Assembly (NCBI GenBank): GCA_020073465.1
Contig: JAIQFC010000007.1
Location: 116,345-180,344 of the forward strand
DNA length: 64,000 bases
Direction: 5' to 3'
Origin: Terriglobia bacterium
Lineage (GTDB): Bacteria > Acidobacteriota > Terriglobia > Terriglobales > Acidobacteriaceae
The notes beneath the pieces are model-generated. The model saw nothing but the letters and a program-made list of their open reading frames with translations. It searched no databases and had not been told where the DNA came from. The translations under genes were made by a program, and so were the position numbers. Of this stretch, positions 47,944 through 59,310 are shown piece by piece (position 1 is the first letter of the stretch; every line of letters starts with the position of its first letter).

Positions 47944-48440
47944 CAATACATCGCGTCGTACTTGGTCACAACCAAGTCGCCGCCCTGGTGCGTCAGAGTG
48001 AGCGTGAACAGATCCTGGTCGATTCCGGGCCGGGCCGGGCCCGCGTTGCTTGGCCGCTTGCCGCGATAGTGCAGGATGGTCAGCGGCGGCGCATCTTCCC
48101 AGTCGACCAATTCCCAAGAGAGTAGCGGGTGCTGCTCCTCTGACTTGCAGATGTAGTGGGCGTATTTCTTGTGGTAGTCGTGCTCCCACTTGTTGAGCAG
48201 GTCGTCGCAGTGACCATCCCGCAACTCGCGCAGAAATCTGTTGGCGGCCCGTTCGGTCGTCCGGTCGCGCAATGGATTCATCTTGATGCTGACCGGCAGA
48301 CCCGTCAGCGGATCGTGGTCTTCCGAGCGGGCGAGGACTGGCCCCTGGTTACTCAGCCACCAGATGTATCCCAGAAACACAAGCACCAGCAGCGCTCCGG
48401 CGCCGACGGCGATGCCGATCTGGTTGCGAGTGAAGGCCAT
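47943..48440 (-). CDS. Membrane-anchored hypothetical protein
   Basis: 165 aa with an N-terminal TM helix IGIAVGAGALLVLVFLGYIWWL. Same strand as the kinase gene and downstream of it. Confidence 0.6.
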   Translation of the reverse strand: MAFTRNQIGIAVGAGALLVLVFLGYIWWLSNQGPVLARSEDHDPLTGLPVSIKMNPLRDRTTERAANRFLRELRDGHCDDLLNKWEHDYHKKYAHYICKSEEQHPLLSWELVDWEDAPPLTILHYRGKRPSNAGPARPGIDQDLFTLTLTHQGGDLVVTKYDAMY

Positions 48441-48561
48441 CCCTAAAATTGTATGGAGTGTGCGAAAAGGCAGGCAAGATTACTGATGTTTGTCGCAGCC
48501 GGACATGTACGAGTGAGCAAGTTCCGAGGGAGGCTTCGCGGTTTCTACCGCCGGCCGAGTT

Positions 48562-51219
48562 TCACTGCAGCCCTTCCACCAGGTAAAGGTCAGACAGGAG
48601 TCGGCGGTACCCGTAGACGTACGACTTGCCGTCCGGCGTGGGGAGAACCGGGCCGACGAATTCCACGCCCGCAGGATCGGGAGGCATGAGTTGCTTCCAG
48701 AGAGTTCGATTGCCACTCTCGAGATCGAGCCGGTAGACCCTGGCAGGAAGTTCTCCTCCCTTGTACACATACAAAGCTCGGCCATCCGAAGTCCACGCGA
48801 CCGGAACCTCTCCCGGCTGCAGTCCTTTGATCGGACGCGGATCGCCGGGAGGAACGGGAAAGAGGTAAGCCTTGTCGTCGGGGCCCACGGCTGCGATGGC
48901 GCGACCGTCGGGTGACAGTGCGAACGAAAATCCGTTAGTCCCTTCCGGTGTAACCGCCTCGATTTTGTCTACGTCAATGTCCTGCACGTAGAGCCGCAAG
49001 GCGTGATTCGGCTCCGTGCCAGCCATGAGAATCCGTTTGCCGTCCGGGAACCAACTGGCAGCGCTGTGAATGATGTCGTGCCCGTTCAAAGGCCGGGGCT
49101 CGCCGGGGCCTGTGGGAAGAAGGAACAGGTCGGTCTGCTTGTCTCCTGTGCATGACAAGGCCCATTTACCATCCGGCGACAACGCCAGCGACTGCCCATC
49201 GCCGAGGCGAACGGCAGGCGAGCCGTCTGTCTTGCGGATGTAAACGGCATAAGTTGGTCCGCCCGCCTCGCCCTCCTCCCGAAAGAGAAGTGTGTGGCCG
49301 TCTGCCGACAGGGTAACGGGAAAGGACCAGTCCAGCCAGGTGAAGTCGTGTTCCGAGGCATCGTCCGCCCGATGCACGATCAGCCCTCGTCTCCAGTTGT
49401 CGCGGGCGAGCAGCACATGGCCATCGGGCATGACATCCTGTAGGGTCAAGTCCGCGGGAACGCGGGCCACAAGACGTTCCTTGCCGGCCAGATTCACGGC
49501 AAACACGGAGCGGTCGATGCCAATAATAGTGGCCGTGACCCACACTTCCTCGCCTTTCGGCGACCAGGCCAGACCTACCGCGCCACCTCCGTAATTCTTG
49601 CTCAAGTTTTGTTTCTTGCCACTTGTATCGACAATGGCCACACCGCCGATCGAGTCACCCTGAATGGGATGATCGATAAAAGCAACCATGTCGCCCTTGC
49701 GCGAAATCCGCGGATGGCTGATCCAGCCGCCGGTTTCGTAGAGCACTTTGCCGGGAGGATATTCCAGACGATTGTGTCCGTTGACATCGCGCACGATTGC
49801 CAGTTGAGTACCGTCCGGAGACCAATCAGCCCACTGGATGTTCTCCAGTATCTCGCGGGGCGCGCCACCGCCGAGCGGCATGCGGGCAAGCGTGCCAATG
49901 TGCACCTGGGACTTGGACTGCTGGCTGTGCAGCAGAACCGCCATCTCTCCCGTGGACGAAATCGCCAGAATCTCAGCGCCCGGAACTCCCACCGGACGCG
50001 ATTCCGGCGTGCCAAAGCGTGTGCTGAAGATCTCGACCGGCCCGCCCTCCCAGGCAGCGCTGTAAACCACGGTCTGGCCATCTGGAGCGAACCTCGCCAT
50101 CCGGATGGTCCCTCGGCGATAGGTCAGCAGGTGATAGGCAGGGGACGCGGCTGGTCCGTTGTTCCTTAACAGGAGGAATGCGATCGCAGCCAAGGCCGCG
50201 ACCAGCGCGGCGCCCAATGCGATCACACTGCGGCGGCGCTGAACTTCTGGGACCGGCTTGATCCCGGACGTGGCGGAAGTTGCGGCTGCGGAGGATATCA
50301 CGGTTGCCGGGCCGCTCGGCGTTTCGCTCACGATGGGCGAAGAGATGCGTGCCGAGTCCCTCTCTCGCTTCAGCCGCTTCAGATCGGCACGGACCTCGGC
50401 TGCGCTCTGGTAACGCAGCTCAATATCCTTCTCCAGCAGCTTGTTGATGATGCGCTCCAATTCCGGCGGGAGATCCGGGTTCAATCGGACGGGCGGCGCC
50501 GGGGCACGGTTGAGAATCGCTTCGGTAATGACGCCCGGCGTCTCTCCGCGAAACGGCAAAACCCCCGTAGCCATCTCGTAGAGCACCACCCCAAAAGAAA
50601 AAAGGTCGGTCCGCCCGTCGAGCTCCTTGCCCCGTACCTGCTCCGGCGACATGTAGGCGACCGTGCCCAGCGCCGTTCCTGGACTGGTGAGATTCAGGTG
50701 CACCGCGTCAGCCAGAGTCTGCGAGTCGGCGCTGACCGAGGCCCCCGCGGTGGCCATCTTGGCCAGTCCAAAATCGAGGATCTTGGCATGCCCGCGCCTG
50801 GAGACGAAAATGTTTGCAGGCTTGATGTCGCGGTGCACGATGCCCTTCGCGTGGGCCGCATCCAGCGCGTCGGCCACGTCGATCGCGACCCCCAGCAGGA
50901 GATCCTGCTCCAGCGGACGGTTCCCGATAACGTGCCTTAGAGTGGATCCCTCGAGGTACTCCATCGCGATGAAGGATTGACCTTCATGCTTTCCGATCTC
51001 GTAGATGGTGCAGATGTTGGAGTGATTCAGAGCGGAAGCCGCTCGTGCTTCGCGGCGGAAGCGCTCCATCGCGGAGTCGTCCTGTGCCACTTCGTCAGGC
51101 AGGAACTTCAGGGCCACGAAGCGGCCGAGTTCTGTATCCTCGGCCTTGAACACCACCCCCATGCCGCCACCGCCGAGTTTTTCCAGGATGCGGTAATGCG
51201 AGATAGTCCGCCCGATCAT
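48562..51219 (-). CDS. Ser/Thr protein kinase with TM helix and C-terminal TolB/PD40-like beta-propeller
   Basis: [33 protein letters not shown], a TM helix, and repeats [24 protein letters not shown]. Confidence 0.93.
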   Translation of the reverse strand: MIGRTISHYRILEKLGGGGMGVVFKAEDTELGRFVALKFLPDEVAQDDSAMERFRREARAASALNHSNICTIYEIGKHEGQSFIAMEYLEGSTLRHVIGNRPLEQDLLLGVAIDVADALDAAHAKGIVHRDIKPANIFVSRRGHAKILDFGLAKMATAGASVSADSQTLADAVHLNLTSPGTALGTVAYMSPEQVRGKELDGRTDLFSFGVVLYEMATGVLPFRGETPGVITEAILNRAPAPPVRLNPDLPPELERIINKLLEKDIELRYQSAAEVRADLKRLKRERDSARISSPIVSETPSGPATVISSAAATSATSGIKPVPEVQRRRSVIALGAALVAALAAIAFLLLRNNGPAASPAYHLLTYRRGTIRMARFAPDGQTVVYSAAWEGGPVEIFSTRFGTPESRPVGVPGAEILAISSTGEMAVLLHSQQSKSQVHIGTLARMPLGGGAPREILENIQWADWSPDGTQLAIVRDVNGHNRLEYPPGKVLYETGGWISHPRISRKGDMVAFIDHPIQGDSIGGVAIVDTSGKKQNLSKNYGGGAVGLAWSPKGEEVWVTATIIGIDRSVFAVNLAGKERLVARVPADLTLQDVMPDGHVLLARDNWRRGLIVHRADDASEHDFTWLDWSFPVTLSADGHTLLFREEGEAGGPTYAVYIRKTDGSPAVRLGDGQSLALSPDGKWALSCTGDKQTDLFLLPTGPGEPRPLNGHDIIHSAASWFPDGKRILMAGTEPNHALRLYVQDIDVDKIEAVTPEGTNGFSFALSPDGRAIAAVGPDDKAYLFPVPPGDPRPIKGLQPGEVPVAWTSDGRALYVYKGGELPARVYRLDLESGNRTLWKQLMPPDPAGVEFVGPVLPTPDGKSYVYGYRRLLSDLYLVEGLQ

Positions 51220-51350
51220 GTGGCGCGAATCTTACGTAAGCCGTCTTGACAAGTCAATGCAACTGCGGTGGGGCGCAGGCTGCGCTACACCCGTCTTAAT
51301 CGCGGATTGCAGCTTCGAAAGGAGTCCAATTGGAGAAGCGGAGTGTATAG

Positions 51351-51377
51351 AAAAGGGCACGGCTTTATGCCGTGCCC
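51351..51377 (-). terminator. Rho-independent terminator after rplQ
   Basis: The minus strand reads GGGCACGGC ataaa GCCGTGCCC followed by TTTT, 20 nt after the rplQ stop. Confidence 0.7.
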
Positions 51378-51396
51378 CATGAAGAAACAGTAAAGC

Positions 51397-51900
51397 CTAT
51401 TCTTTCTTGTCGCCGCCCTCGGCCGGTGCCGCTTCCTTCTCAACCTGCGCTTGTGCTTCCGCCTCTTCCATGGCCTTCTTGGCTTCGGCGGCACGCTTGG
51501 CGCGAGCCTCGGCGCGCTTTTCCTTCTTTTCGTCGAGAATTTTCTCGCTGCCCAGCAGTTCGAGGAAGGCCTTGTCAGCGCCGTCGCCCTTGTTCCAGTG
51601 GGTGCGGACGATGCGCGTGTATCCCCCCTCGCGATCGCCGAAGCGCGGGCCAATCTTGTCGAACAACTTCACCAGCGCCTCATCCGTCATCAGATAGGCC
51701 CCAGCCAAACGGCGGGCCGCAAGGTCGCCGCGCTTGCCGAGGGTAATCATCTTCTCAACGATCGGCCGCGCCGCCTTGGCCTTGGGAACCGTCGTCTCGA
51801 TGCGCTCCTCCACGATCACCGAGGTGACCAGGTTGCGCAGCAGCGAGCGCCGGTGCGACGTGTTCCGTCCGAGTTTGTATCCTGCTACTTTGTGACGCAT
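51397..51900 (-). CDS. rplQ: 50S ribosomal protein L17 (with K/E/A-rich C-terminal extension)
   Basis: MRHKVAGYKLGRNTSHRRSLLRNL... Confidence 0.95.
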   Translation of the reverse strand: MRHKVAGYKLGRNTSHRRSLLRNLVTSVIVEERIETTVPKAKAARPIVEKMITLGKRGDLAARRLAGAYLMTDEALVKLFDKIGPRFGDREGGYTRIVRTHWNKGDGADKAFLELLGSEKILDEKKEKRAEARAKRAAEAKKAMEEAEAQAQVEKEAAPAEGGDKKE

Positions 51901-51909
51901 GGTGAGCCT

Positions 51910-52014
51910 CAGTGGTCAGTGGCCAGTGGTCAATGGCCAGTCTCGAAATATTGGGGTCAGCGGCTAGCGGCGTCTTCTGTTTTCTGACCACTGCCCACTA
52001 GCCACTGACCACTG
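51910..52014. repeat. Heptamer-word hairpin (CAGTGGT/CAGTGGC family)
   Basis: cagtggtcagtggccagtggtcaatggccagt ... tgaccactgcccactagccactgaccactg. About 24 of 27 arm positions are complementary. Confidence 0.75.
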
Positions 52015-52018
52015 CTCT

Positions 52019-53056
<1,038 letters not shown>

Positions 53057-53161
53057 GTGTTTCTCCTTCGGCCGTTTGGCTCAGTGCCGACTCCCTGAAT
53101 CGGTCCGGATTCAGGTCAAGCGTCAGCCCAGGCTGATCTGGCTCGAATAGTGGACCGAGAG

Positions 53162-53264
53162 CATTGAGTAATTGGGAAATTTCGTAATTGGGTAATTTGA
53201 CGCCCAGCCTCATTACCGTTTTGCTTTTCAATTACTCAATTACCAAATTCCCCAATTACTCAAT
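53162..53264. repeat. Heptamer-word hairpin (AATTGGG/AATTGAG family), AT-rich
   Basis: attgagtaattgggaaatttcgtaattgggtaatt ... aattactcaattaccaaattccccaattactcaatt. Confidence 0.7.
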
Positions 53265-53268
53265 TCCG

Positions 53269-53898
53269 CTACTTGCTGTAAAGTTCAACAATCAGCTGCT
53301 CATTCACTGGCAGCTGAATATCTTCGCGCTTGGGCAACGAGAGTACCCGCGCCTTGTAATTATCGCGGTCAACTTCCAGCCAGTTGGGCAGCGTGCCGTG
53401 GCTGGCGTATTCCTTGGCCAGATCGAGCACGGTGAGCTTCTTGCTGTTTTCGCGAATCGAAATCTCCTCGCCCGCGCTCACTTCGTAGGAAGGAATGTTG
53501 ACCTTGCGATTGTCGACAGCGACGTGCCCGTGGCGGACCAACTGCCGCGCCTGGCGCCGCGACTGAGCGAATCCCAGGCGATAGACGACGTTGTCGAGAC
53601 GCCGCTCAAGCTGTTGCAGCAAACGCTCGCCGGTCACGCCCTTCGCGCGCGCAGCCTTCTCAAAGTAGTTGCGGAACTGGCCTTCCTGCGTGAAGTAGAT
53701 GCGCTTCGCTTTCTGCTTCTCGCGCAACTGCAGGCCGTAGCCGACGATCTTGGCCTTGCGGTCTTTTCCGTGTTGTCCGGGAGCGAAGTTGCGCTTCTCG
53801 ATAGGACACTTATCGCTGAAGCACTTTGCGCCTTTGAGGAACAGCTTCATGCCCTCGCGGCGGCATAGACGGCATACTGCATCTTTGTAACGCGCCAT
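53269..53898 (-). CDS. rpsD: 30S ribosomal protein S4
   Basis: [26 protein letters not shown]... Confidence 0.96.
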   Translation of the reverse strand: MARYKDAVCRLCRREGMKLFLKGAKCFSDKCPIEKRNFAPGQHGKDRKAKIVGYGLQLREKQKAKRIYFTQEGQFRNYFEKAARAKGVTGERLLQQLERRLDNVVYRLGFAQSRRQARQLVRHGHVAVDNRKVNIPSYEVSAGEEISIRENSKKLTVLDLAKEYASHGTLPNWLEVDRDNYKARVLSLPKREDIQLPVNEQLIVELYSK

Positions 53899-53959
53899 GT
53901 TTCTCCTTCAAATAAACCGGTTTACGGGACTGGCTTCCCTTCCTCCCGGTTGAAATCGA

Positions 53960-54022
53960 GCTCTTAGCTTCTAGCTGCTAGCTTCTAGCCCATCCGATCA
54001 GGTTTAGCTAGGAGCTAGAAGC
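53960..54022. repeat. Heptamer-word hairpin (GCTAGAA/GCTAGGA family)
   Basis: gctcttagcttctagctgctagcttctagcc ... agctaggagctagaagc. Confidence 0.7.
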
Positions 54023-54031
54023 GGTGTTCTC

Positions 54032-54469
54032 TTACACTCTGCGCCGCTTCGGCGGACGGCAGCCATTGTGCGGAATCGGCGTCACGTCGCGAATCGAGCG
54101 CACTTCAATGCCCGCGACCGCCAACGCACGCACCGCCGACTCGCGGCCGGAACCGGGACCGCTCACGCGCACATCCACGCTGCGCACGCCGTGATCGCGC
54201 GCCATGTTGGCCGCATTCGATGCCGCCTGCTGCGCGGCAAAGGGCGTTCCCTTACGCGATCCGCGAAAGCCGAGCGACCCCGAACTCTTCCACGACAGGA
54301 CGTTCCCGTTCATGTCGGTGATGGTCACAATCGTGTTATTGAAGGACGCCTGCACATACGCCAACCCGTGCGGCACATGCTTGCGTTCCTTCTTCTTGAA
54401 GGTTTTCTTCTTGCCTTTTTTCTCCGGTGCTGCCGGTGCCCCGGTGGCGGCTGCTGCTGGTTTTGCCAT
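54032..54469 (-). CDS. rpsK: 30S ribosomal protein S11
   Basis: [27 protein letters not shown]...[11 protein letters not shown]. Confidence 0.96.
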   Translation of the reverse strand: MAKPAAAATGAPAAPEKKGKKKTFKKKERKHVPHGLAYVQASFNNTIVTITDMNGNVLSWKSSGSLGFRGSRKGTPFAAQQAASNAANMARDHGVRSVDVRVSGPGSGRESAVRALAVAGIEVRSIRDVTPIPHNGCRPPKRRRV

Positions 54470-54473
54470 GAAT

Positions 54474-54550
54474 CAGTTCTCAGTTCTCAGTTCCCAGTTC
54501 TCAGCGAACCCCGGTTCTCAACTGAGAACCGAGAACTGAGAACTGAGAAC
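54474..54550. repeat. Heptamer-word hairpin (CTGAGAA/GAGAAC family)
   Basis: cagttctcagttctcagttcccagttctcag ... ctgagaaccgagaactgagaactgagaac. 27 of 29 arm positions are complementary. Confidence 0.8.
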
Positions 54551-54555
54551 TAGTC

Positions 54556-54942
54556 TTATGTTTTCGCTGTCGCCTTCTTCTTCTGCGCGACCGTTCCCTT
54601 GCGCGGACCCTTGCGGGTGCGGGCATTCGTATGCGTGCGCTGTCCCCGGACCGGAAGGTTACGCCGGTGACGGAATCCGCGATAGGAGCCGATTTCGATG
54701 AGCCGCTTGATGTTCATCGAAACCTCCTTGCGCAGATCGCCTTCCACCAGTCCCTCCGCCTCGATGACGGTACGGATGCGGTTGACCTCTTCCTCGCTCA
54801 GGTCCTGGACCTTCTTCATCGCGTCCACCTTGGCCTCATCGAGAATGCGGCCGGCGCGCGGGTGGCCGATCCCGTAGATATAGGTCAGCGCGATATTGAT
54901 GTGCTTCTGGCGCGGAAGATCAACGCCTGCAATACGTGCCAT
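54556..54942 (-). CDS. rpsM: 30S ribosomal protein S13
   Basis: [26 protein letters not shown]... Confidence 0.96.
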   Translation of the reverse strand: MARIAGVDLPRQKHINIALTYIYGIGHPRAGRILDEAKVDAMKKVQDLSEEEVNRIRTVIEAEGLVEGDLRKEVSMNIKRLIEIGSYRGFRHRRNLPVRGQRTHTNARTRKGPRKGTVAQKKKATAKT

Positions 54943-54977
54943 AGTCTCTTAGCCTCCAACTGCTGACAGCTTTCAAC

Positions 54978-55051
54978 AGCTCCTAAGCTTCTAGCTCCTA
55001 GCAAACCGACGCCGGTATTGGCGTTTGGCTAGCCGCTTGAAGCCAGCAGCT
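54978..55051. repeat. Heptamer-word hairpin (GCTAG family, degenerate right arm)
   Basis: agctcctaagcttctagctcctagc aaaccgacgccggtattggcgtttg gctagccgcttgaagccagcagct. Confidence 0.55.
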
Positions 55052-55054
55052 TCA

Positions 55055-55168
55055 TTAGCCCTGGCGCTGCTTGTGTTTCGTGTTGACGCAGATCACGCGC
55101 ACCACGCCTTTGCGGTGGATGACCTTGCACTTGTCACAAATCTTCTTTACTGATGCCCGTACTTTCAT
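55055..55168 (-). CDS. rpmJ: 50S ribosomal protein L36
   Basis: Not in the ORF track (37 aa). My translation is [37 protein letters not shown], in the canonical position between infA and rpsM. Confidence 0.93.
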   Translation of the reverse strand: MKVRASVKKICDKCKVIHRKGVVRVICVNTKHKQRQG

Positions 55169-55171
55169 ATG

Positions 55172-55219
55172 ATCAGCCCTCAGCCGTCAGCAATCAGCCG
55201 TCAGCTAACCCCGGCTGAG
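55172..55219. repeat. Heptamer-word run (TCAGCCG family) with short closing stem
   Basis: atcagccctcagccgtcagcaatcagccgtcagc taacccc ggctgag. Confidence 0.6.
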
Positions 55220-55229
55220 AAAACGACAT

Positions 55230-55448
55230 TTATTTATATCGATAAACAATTCTGCCGCGATTCAGGTCGTAGGGCGAAAGCTCAACCGCGACCTTGTCAC
55301 CCGGCAGGATGCGAATGAAGTTCTTGCGCATCTTGCCCGAAACATGCGCCAGCACCTGGTGCTTGTTCTCCAGTTCCACCCGGAACATGGCATTCGGCAG
55401 GGGTTCCAGAACCACCGCCATCACTTCAATCGCGTCTTCTTTGCTCAT
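55230..55448 (-). CDS. infA: Translation initiation factor IF-1
   Basis: [53 protein letters not shown]... Confidence 0.96.
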   Translation of the reverse strand: MSKEDAIEVMAVVLEPLPNAMFRVELENKHQVLAHVSGKMRKNFIRILPGDKVAVELSPYDLNRGRIVYRYK

Positions 55449-55531
55449 TAGCTCCTAGCGTCTAGCTACTAGCTCCTAGCGAACCGCGATAGCCCGATTA
55501 GCTAGAAGCTAGGAGCTAGCAGCTAGAAGCT
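55449..55531. repeat. Heptamer-word hairpin (GCTAGAA/GCTAGGA family)
   Basis: tagctcctagcgtctagctactagctcctagc ... ttagctagaagctaggagctagcagctagaagc. It fills the whole infA-map spacer. Confidence 0.75.
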
Positions 55532-55532
55532 G

Positions 55533-56285
55533 TTACTGCGTCAAAATTACCGGCCCATCCTTCGTCACCGCAACGCAATGCTCAAAATGCGCGCTGAAAC
55601 TGCCGTCGGCCGTGACTGCGGTCCAGTTGTCGCCCAGCACGCGCGTCTCCGGCTTGCCGAAATTCACCATCGGCTCTATAGCAAGCACCATGCCTTCGCG
55701 CAGCCTGGCCCCGTGACCGCGGTTTCCGAAGTTCGGAATTTGCGGCTCTTCGTGCAGCCGCGTCCCTATCCCGTGTCCCACGAACTCCCGAACCACGCTA
55801 AACCCGGCAGCCTCGACGTGTTCCTGCACTGCCGCTCCCACATCACCGACCGAGTTGCCGATTCGCGCCTGCTCAATGCCGCGGTACAGCGATTCTTCCG
55901 TCACCGTCAGCAGTTTGCGTAACTCTGGCTTTACCGCGTCGCTGACCGGGACCGTAATAGCCGCGTCCCCATAGTAGCCGTCGAGCACCACTCCGCAATC
56001 GATCGAAACGATATCGCCGTCTTTCAGCGCCCGCTTCTCCGACGGGATGCCGTGCACAATCTCTTCATTCACCGACGTACACAGCACGCACGGATAGTCG
56101 TAATACCCCTTGAACGCCGGCTTCGCCCCAAGGTCTTTGATCTTCTTCTCGGCCGCCCGCTCCAGATCCATGGTCGTCACGCCCGGCTCGACCAGAGCTC
56201 GGACATGATCCAGCACCTGGCGCACGATGCGGCCGCTTTTCCGCATCTTGTCAATCTCAGCCGCCGACTTGCAGACGATGGCCAT
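55533..56285 (-). CDS. map: Type I methionine aminopeptidase
   Basis: Metal-ligand context DIVSIDCGVVLDGYYGD, GHGIG, LAIEPM, FEH. Confidence 0.95.
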   Translation of the reverse strand: MAIVCKSAAEIDKMRKSGRIVRQVLDHVRALVEPGVTTMDLERAAEKKIKDLGAKPAFKGYYDYPCVLCTSVNEEIVHGIPSEKRALKDGDIVSIDCGVVLDGYYGDAAITVPVSDAVKPELRKLLTVTEESLYRGIEQARIGNSVGDVGAAVQEHVEAAGFSVVREFVGHGIGTRLHEEPQIPNFGNRGHGARLREGMVLAIEPMVNFGKPETRVLGDNWTAVTADGSFSAHFEHCVAVTKDGPVILTQ

Positions 56286-56288
56286 GTC

Positions 56289-56990
56289 CTAAGCGTGATG
56301 ATCCTCAATCACCCGGTAAATCTGGTCCGTAACATCGTCCACCGGAAGATCCCCGTTCACCGAGACCAACCTTCCCGTACGCTGATAATAGTCAGCGACG
56401 GGACGAGTCTGCTCCTGGTAAGCCGCCAACCGCGGCTGAATGACTTCCAAACGGTCGTCATTACGGGTCACCAACTTCGACCCGTCACTGTCGCATGCTT
56501 CATCGGTACGGGGCGGCTGGAAGTGGACGTTATAGATCCGCCCACAGGTGGGACAAGAACGGCGTCCAGTGATCCGGAGCAACAACTGATTATAGTCTAC
56601 GTCCAACCGGATCACAATTGGCCACGCACGCGTGGGCCGCGAATTGTCAAAGAGCTTGCTGTCGAGCAACGCATCCAGCCACCCGGCCTGGGCCGCAGTC
56701 CGGGGAAACCCGTCTAGAATGTAACCCCGCTTGCAGTCCGGCTGCTTCAACCGCTCGCGGACCATGGTGCAAACCAGGTCGTCAGAGACCAGCTCGCCGC
56801 GCGCCATCACCGCCTTGGCCGCCTGCCCGAGCTCCGTACCCTGCGCCACGTTGTAGCGCAAGAGGTCTCCCGTCGAAATCTGGGGAACTGAGTAGTGCTC
56901 CATAATCCGCTTGGCCTGAGTGCCCTTTCCGGCACCCGGCGGCCCAAGCAGCACAATGGGACCTACATCCCGCGAGGTTTCCTGCGCCAT
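56289..56990 (-). CDS. adk: Adenylate kinase (zinc-lid type, slightly long)
   Basis: LLGPPGAGKGTQAKRI, GFPRT, and lid CPTCGRIYN. Confidence 0.95.
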   Translation of the reverse strand: MAQETSRDVGPIVLLGPPGAGKGTQAKRIMEHYSVPQISTGDLLRYNVAQGTELGQAAKAVMARGELVSDDLVCTMVRERLKQPDCKRGYILDGFPRTAAQAGWLDALLDSKLFDNSRPTRAWPIVIRLDVDYNQLLLRITGRRSCPTCGRIYNVHFQPPRTDEACDSDGSKLVTRNDDRLEVIQPRLAAYQEQTRPVADYYQRTGRLVSVNGDLPVDDVTDQIYRVIEDHHA

Positions 56991-57105
56991 CGAGCTGGCC
57001 TCAAGCCTCCCCGATTCTCAGTCTCCCCGGCTTCCATGCCCCAGAAACCAGCCGAGGTGCAGCAACCCCACAATTCTTCGAGACGGCTCATCACGTTTCG
57101 CAGAC

Positions 57106-57166
57106 GATCCCTCACTTCGTTCGGGATTTCGGTTGCGGGCTCCCGCTTCGCTTACGCCCGCAAAAC
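57106..57166. repeat. Composite dispersed element (GATCCCTC... plus GCGGGCTCCCGCTTCGC.YACGCCCGC), short copy
   Basis: gatccctcacttcgttcgggatttcggttGCGGGCtcccgcttcgcttacGCCCGCaaaac. It shares its 32-nt 3' module with 60370-60401. Confidence 0.6.
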
Positions 57167-57175
57167 GCCTCAACC

Positions 57176-58570
57176 TTACGACCAGTTGCGGCGCCCGCGA
57201 ATTCGTCCACTGCGCGGCGTGAATCCGTCATAGTGGCGCATGATCAGTTGCGCCTCGATCTGCGTCACCGTGTCCATGGCCACACCCACCACAATCAGCA
57301 GCGACGTGCCGCCAAAGTAGAAGCTAACGCCCAGCCCGTTGAGAACCGCGTTTGGAAAGTGATCAAAAAATCTTCCGATCGGGCCATACAGGTGGTTCAG
57401 GTGAATACCGGTGATCATCCACTCGGGAATGAACGAGATGAGGATCAGGTACAGTGCGCCCACCAAGGTGATGCGGGTCAGCACCTCATTGATAAAGTCC
57501 GCCGTGCGCCTTCCCGGTCGAATGCCCGGGATAAACCCGCCATACTTCCGCATGTTGTCGGCTACTTCGCTGGGATTGAAGACAATCGAAACGTAGAAGT
57601 ACGCGAAGAAGATGATTCCGACCGCATACAAGAGCGTATAGAGTGGCTCGCCCCACTTCAGCCATTCAATCACCGGCCCAAAGTATCGGTTGGTCGAAAG
57701 CCCCAGCCCCGAGCCGATCATCGGAGGCAAACTCAAGATTGAGGACGCGAAAATCACGGGCATCACGCCGCCCGCATTCACGCGCAGCGGCAGGTGCGTG
57801 GACTGTCCACCCATCACCTTGCGCCCAACCACCCGCTTGGCGTACTGCACAGGTATTCGACGTTCACTGCGTTCCACGTAAACGATGAACGCCACCACGG
57901 CGATCATGAAGACCACCAGGCCGGCCATGAGAATCGGAGTGAGCGCTCCCCATGTGCCGTTCTTGGCTTTGTCGATCAGATCCACCACGCCCCGCGGCAG
58001 GCCGACCACAATCCCGGCAAAGATCAGCAGCGACATGCCGTTGCCCACGCCGCGCTCGGTGATTTGCTCGCCCAGCCACATGATGAAGGCGCTGCCCGTC
58101 GTCAACGTCAGCATGGTCATCAGGACGAAGCCGGGCCCGGGATTGAGGACGAAGTCCCCGCCCTTTTCCAGTCCGACGGCAATGCCGAACGATTGCACCG
58201 CGCTCAGAATGACCGTGATATAACGCGTCCACTGCGTGATCTTCTTCCGCCCGAGTTCGCCTTCCTTCTGCAGCTTGGCCAGCGGCTCATAGACCACCGT
58301 CAGCAGTTGCAGAATAATCGACGCCGTAATGTAGGGCATGATGCCCAGGGCGAAGATCGTAAGACGGCGCAACTGCCCGCCGGAGAACAGATCCACAAAT
58401 CCAAGAAACGAACCGCGGCTTTGCTCGAAAAATTGCGCCAGCTTGTCGGCGTTCACACCTGGGGTTGGAATGTGCCCACCCAGCCGGTATACGGCCAGCA
58501 GAGCCAGCGTAAACAGAATGCGCTTGCGCAGGTCCGGAATTCGGAAGATGTTCGCCAGCTTCTCAAACAT
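57176..58570 (-). CDS. secY: Preprotein translocase subunit SecY
   Basis: 464 aa with 10 TM helices. N-terminus FRIPDLRKRILFTLALLAVYRLG. Confidence 0.96.
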   Translation of the reverse strand: MFEKLANIFRIPDLRKRILFTLALLAVYRLGGHIPTPGVNADKLAQFFEQSRGSFLGFVDLFSGGQLRRLTIFALGIMPYITASIILQLLTVVYEPLAKLQKEGELGRKKITQWTRYITVILSAVQSFGIAVGLEKGGDFVLNPGPGFVLMTMLTLTTGSAFIMWLGEQITERGVGNGMSLLIFAGIVVGLPRGVVDLIDKAKNGTWGALTPILMAGLVVFMIAVVAFIVYVERSERRIPVQYAKRVVGRKVMGGQSTHLPLRVNAGGVMPVIFASSILSLPPMIGSGLGLSTNRYFGPVIEWLKWGEPLYTLLYAVGIIFFAYFYVSIVFNPSEVADNMRKYGGFIPGIRPGRRTADFINEVLTRITLVGALYLILISFIPEWMITGIHLNHLYGPIGRFFDHFPNAVLNGLGVSFYFGGTSLLIVVGVAMDTVTQIEAQLIMRHYDGFTPRSGRIRGRRNWS

Positions 58571-59007
58571 TACTGCAAGACCTCAAACTTGCCGCCCGCC
58601 TTGGTGATCTTCTCCTGCGCCGACTTCGAAAACTTGTGCGCCTGCACTGTGATCGCCGATTTCAGTTCACCGTCGCCCAGAATCTTGACCGGATGCTTGG
58701 TCTTGATGACTCCGGCCTTGCGCAGCACGTCGGGATTGATAGTCGCCTCGCCCAGCGCCGCCAGCCGTTCCAGGCTTACGATGTTGTACTCCTTGCGGAA
58801 TATATTGGTGAACCCGCGCTTGGGCATGCGGCGGTGCAACGGCATCTGGCCGCCCTCAAACCCGCGGATCATGCGCGAGCCGCTACGCGAGCGCTGGCCT
58901 TTGTGTCCACGCGTCGACGTCTTGCCCATGCCCGAGCCCATACCCCGGCCCACGCGCTTGCGCTTTTCCGTTGCCTTTTTCGGTGCTCGAATGTTCGATA
59001 AATTCAT
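58570..59007 (-). CDS. rplO: 50S ribosomal protein L15
   Basis: I trimmed to ATG 59007: MNLSNIRAPKKATEKRKRVGRGMGSGMGKTSTRGHKGQ.... The stop overlaps the secY start (TAATG). Confidence 0.95.
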   Translation of the reverse strand: MNLSNIRAPKKATEKRKRVGRGMGSGMGKTSTRGHKGQRSRSGSRMIRGFEGGQMPLHRRMPKRGFTNIFRKEYNIVSLERLAALGEATINPDVLRKAGVIKTKHPVKILGDGELKSAITVQAHKFSKSAQEKITKAGGKFEVLQ

Positions 59008-59017
59008 GGCTCGCTTC

Positions 59018-59221
59018 CTACTGCACAATCTCGACCAGATGCGGGACCTTCGCCACCATGCCTCGGATCGCCGCCGTATCCGGACGCTCGATCACCTGGT
59101 TCAGCCGGGTGAAGCCCAGCCCCTTGACCACTAGTTTCTGCTTCACTGGGGCACAAATGGCGGAGCGCACCCACTTCAGGTGAATCTTCCCGCTGCCCGG
59201 ATTTGCCTTCTTTGCCGTCAT
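59018..59221 (-). CDS. rpmD: 50S ribosomal protein L30
   Basis: KIHLKWVRSAICAPVKQKLVVKGLGFTRLNQVIERPDTAAIRGMV. Confidence 0.93.
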   Translation of the reverse strand: MTAKKANPGSGKIHLKWVRSAICAPVKQKLVVKGLGFTRLNQVIERPDTAAIRGMVAKVPHLVEIVQ

Positions 59222-59230
59222 TTCTGAACC

Positions 59231-59304
59231 TCAGTGGTCAGTGATCAGTGATCAGTGACCAGTCAAATTCTTCTCGGTCCAACTGGCCACTGATCACTGG
59301 CCAC
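59231..59304. repeat. Heptamer-word hairpin (CAGTGGT/CAGTGAT family)
   Basis: tcagtggtcagtgatcagtgatcagtgaccagt ... actggccactgatcactggccac. Confidence 0.75.
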
Positions 59305-59310
59305 CTGCCC

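Noticed and set aside
57794-59134. 446-aa plus-strand ORF
   Set aside because: It is an antisense shadow spanning secY, rplO and rpmD.
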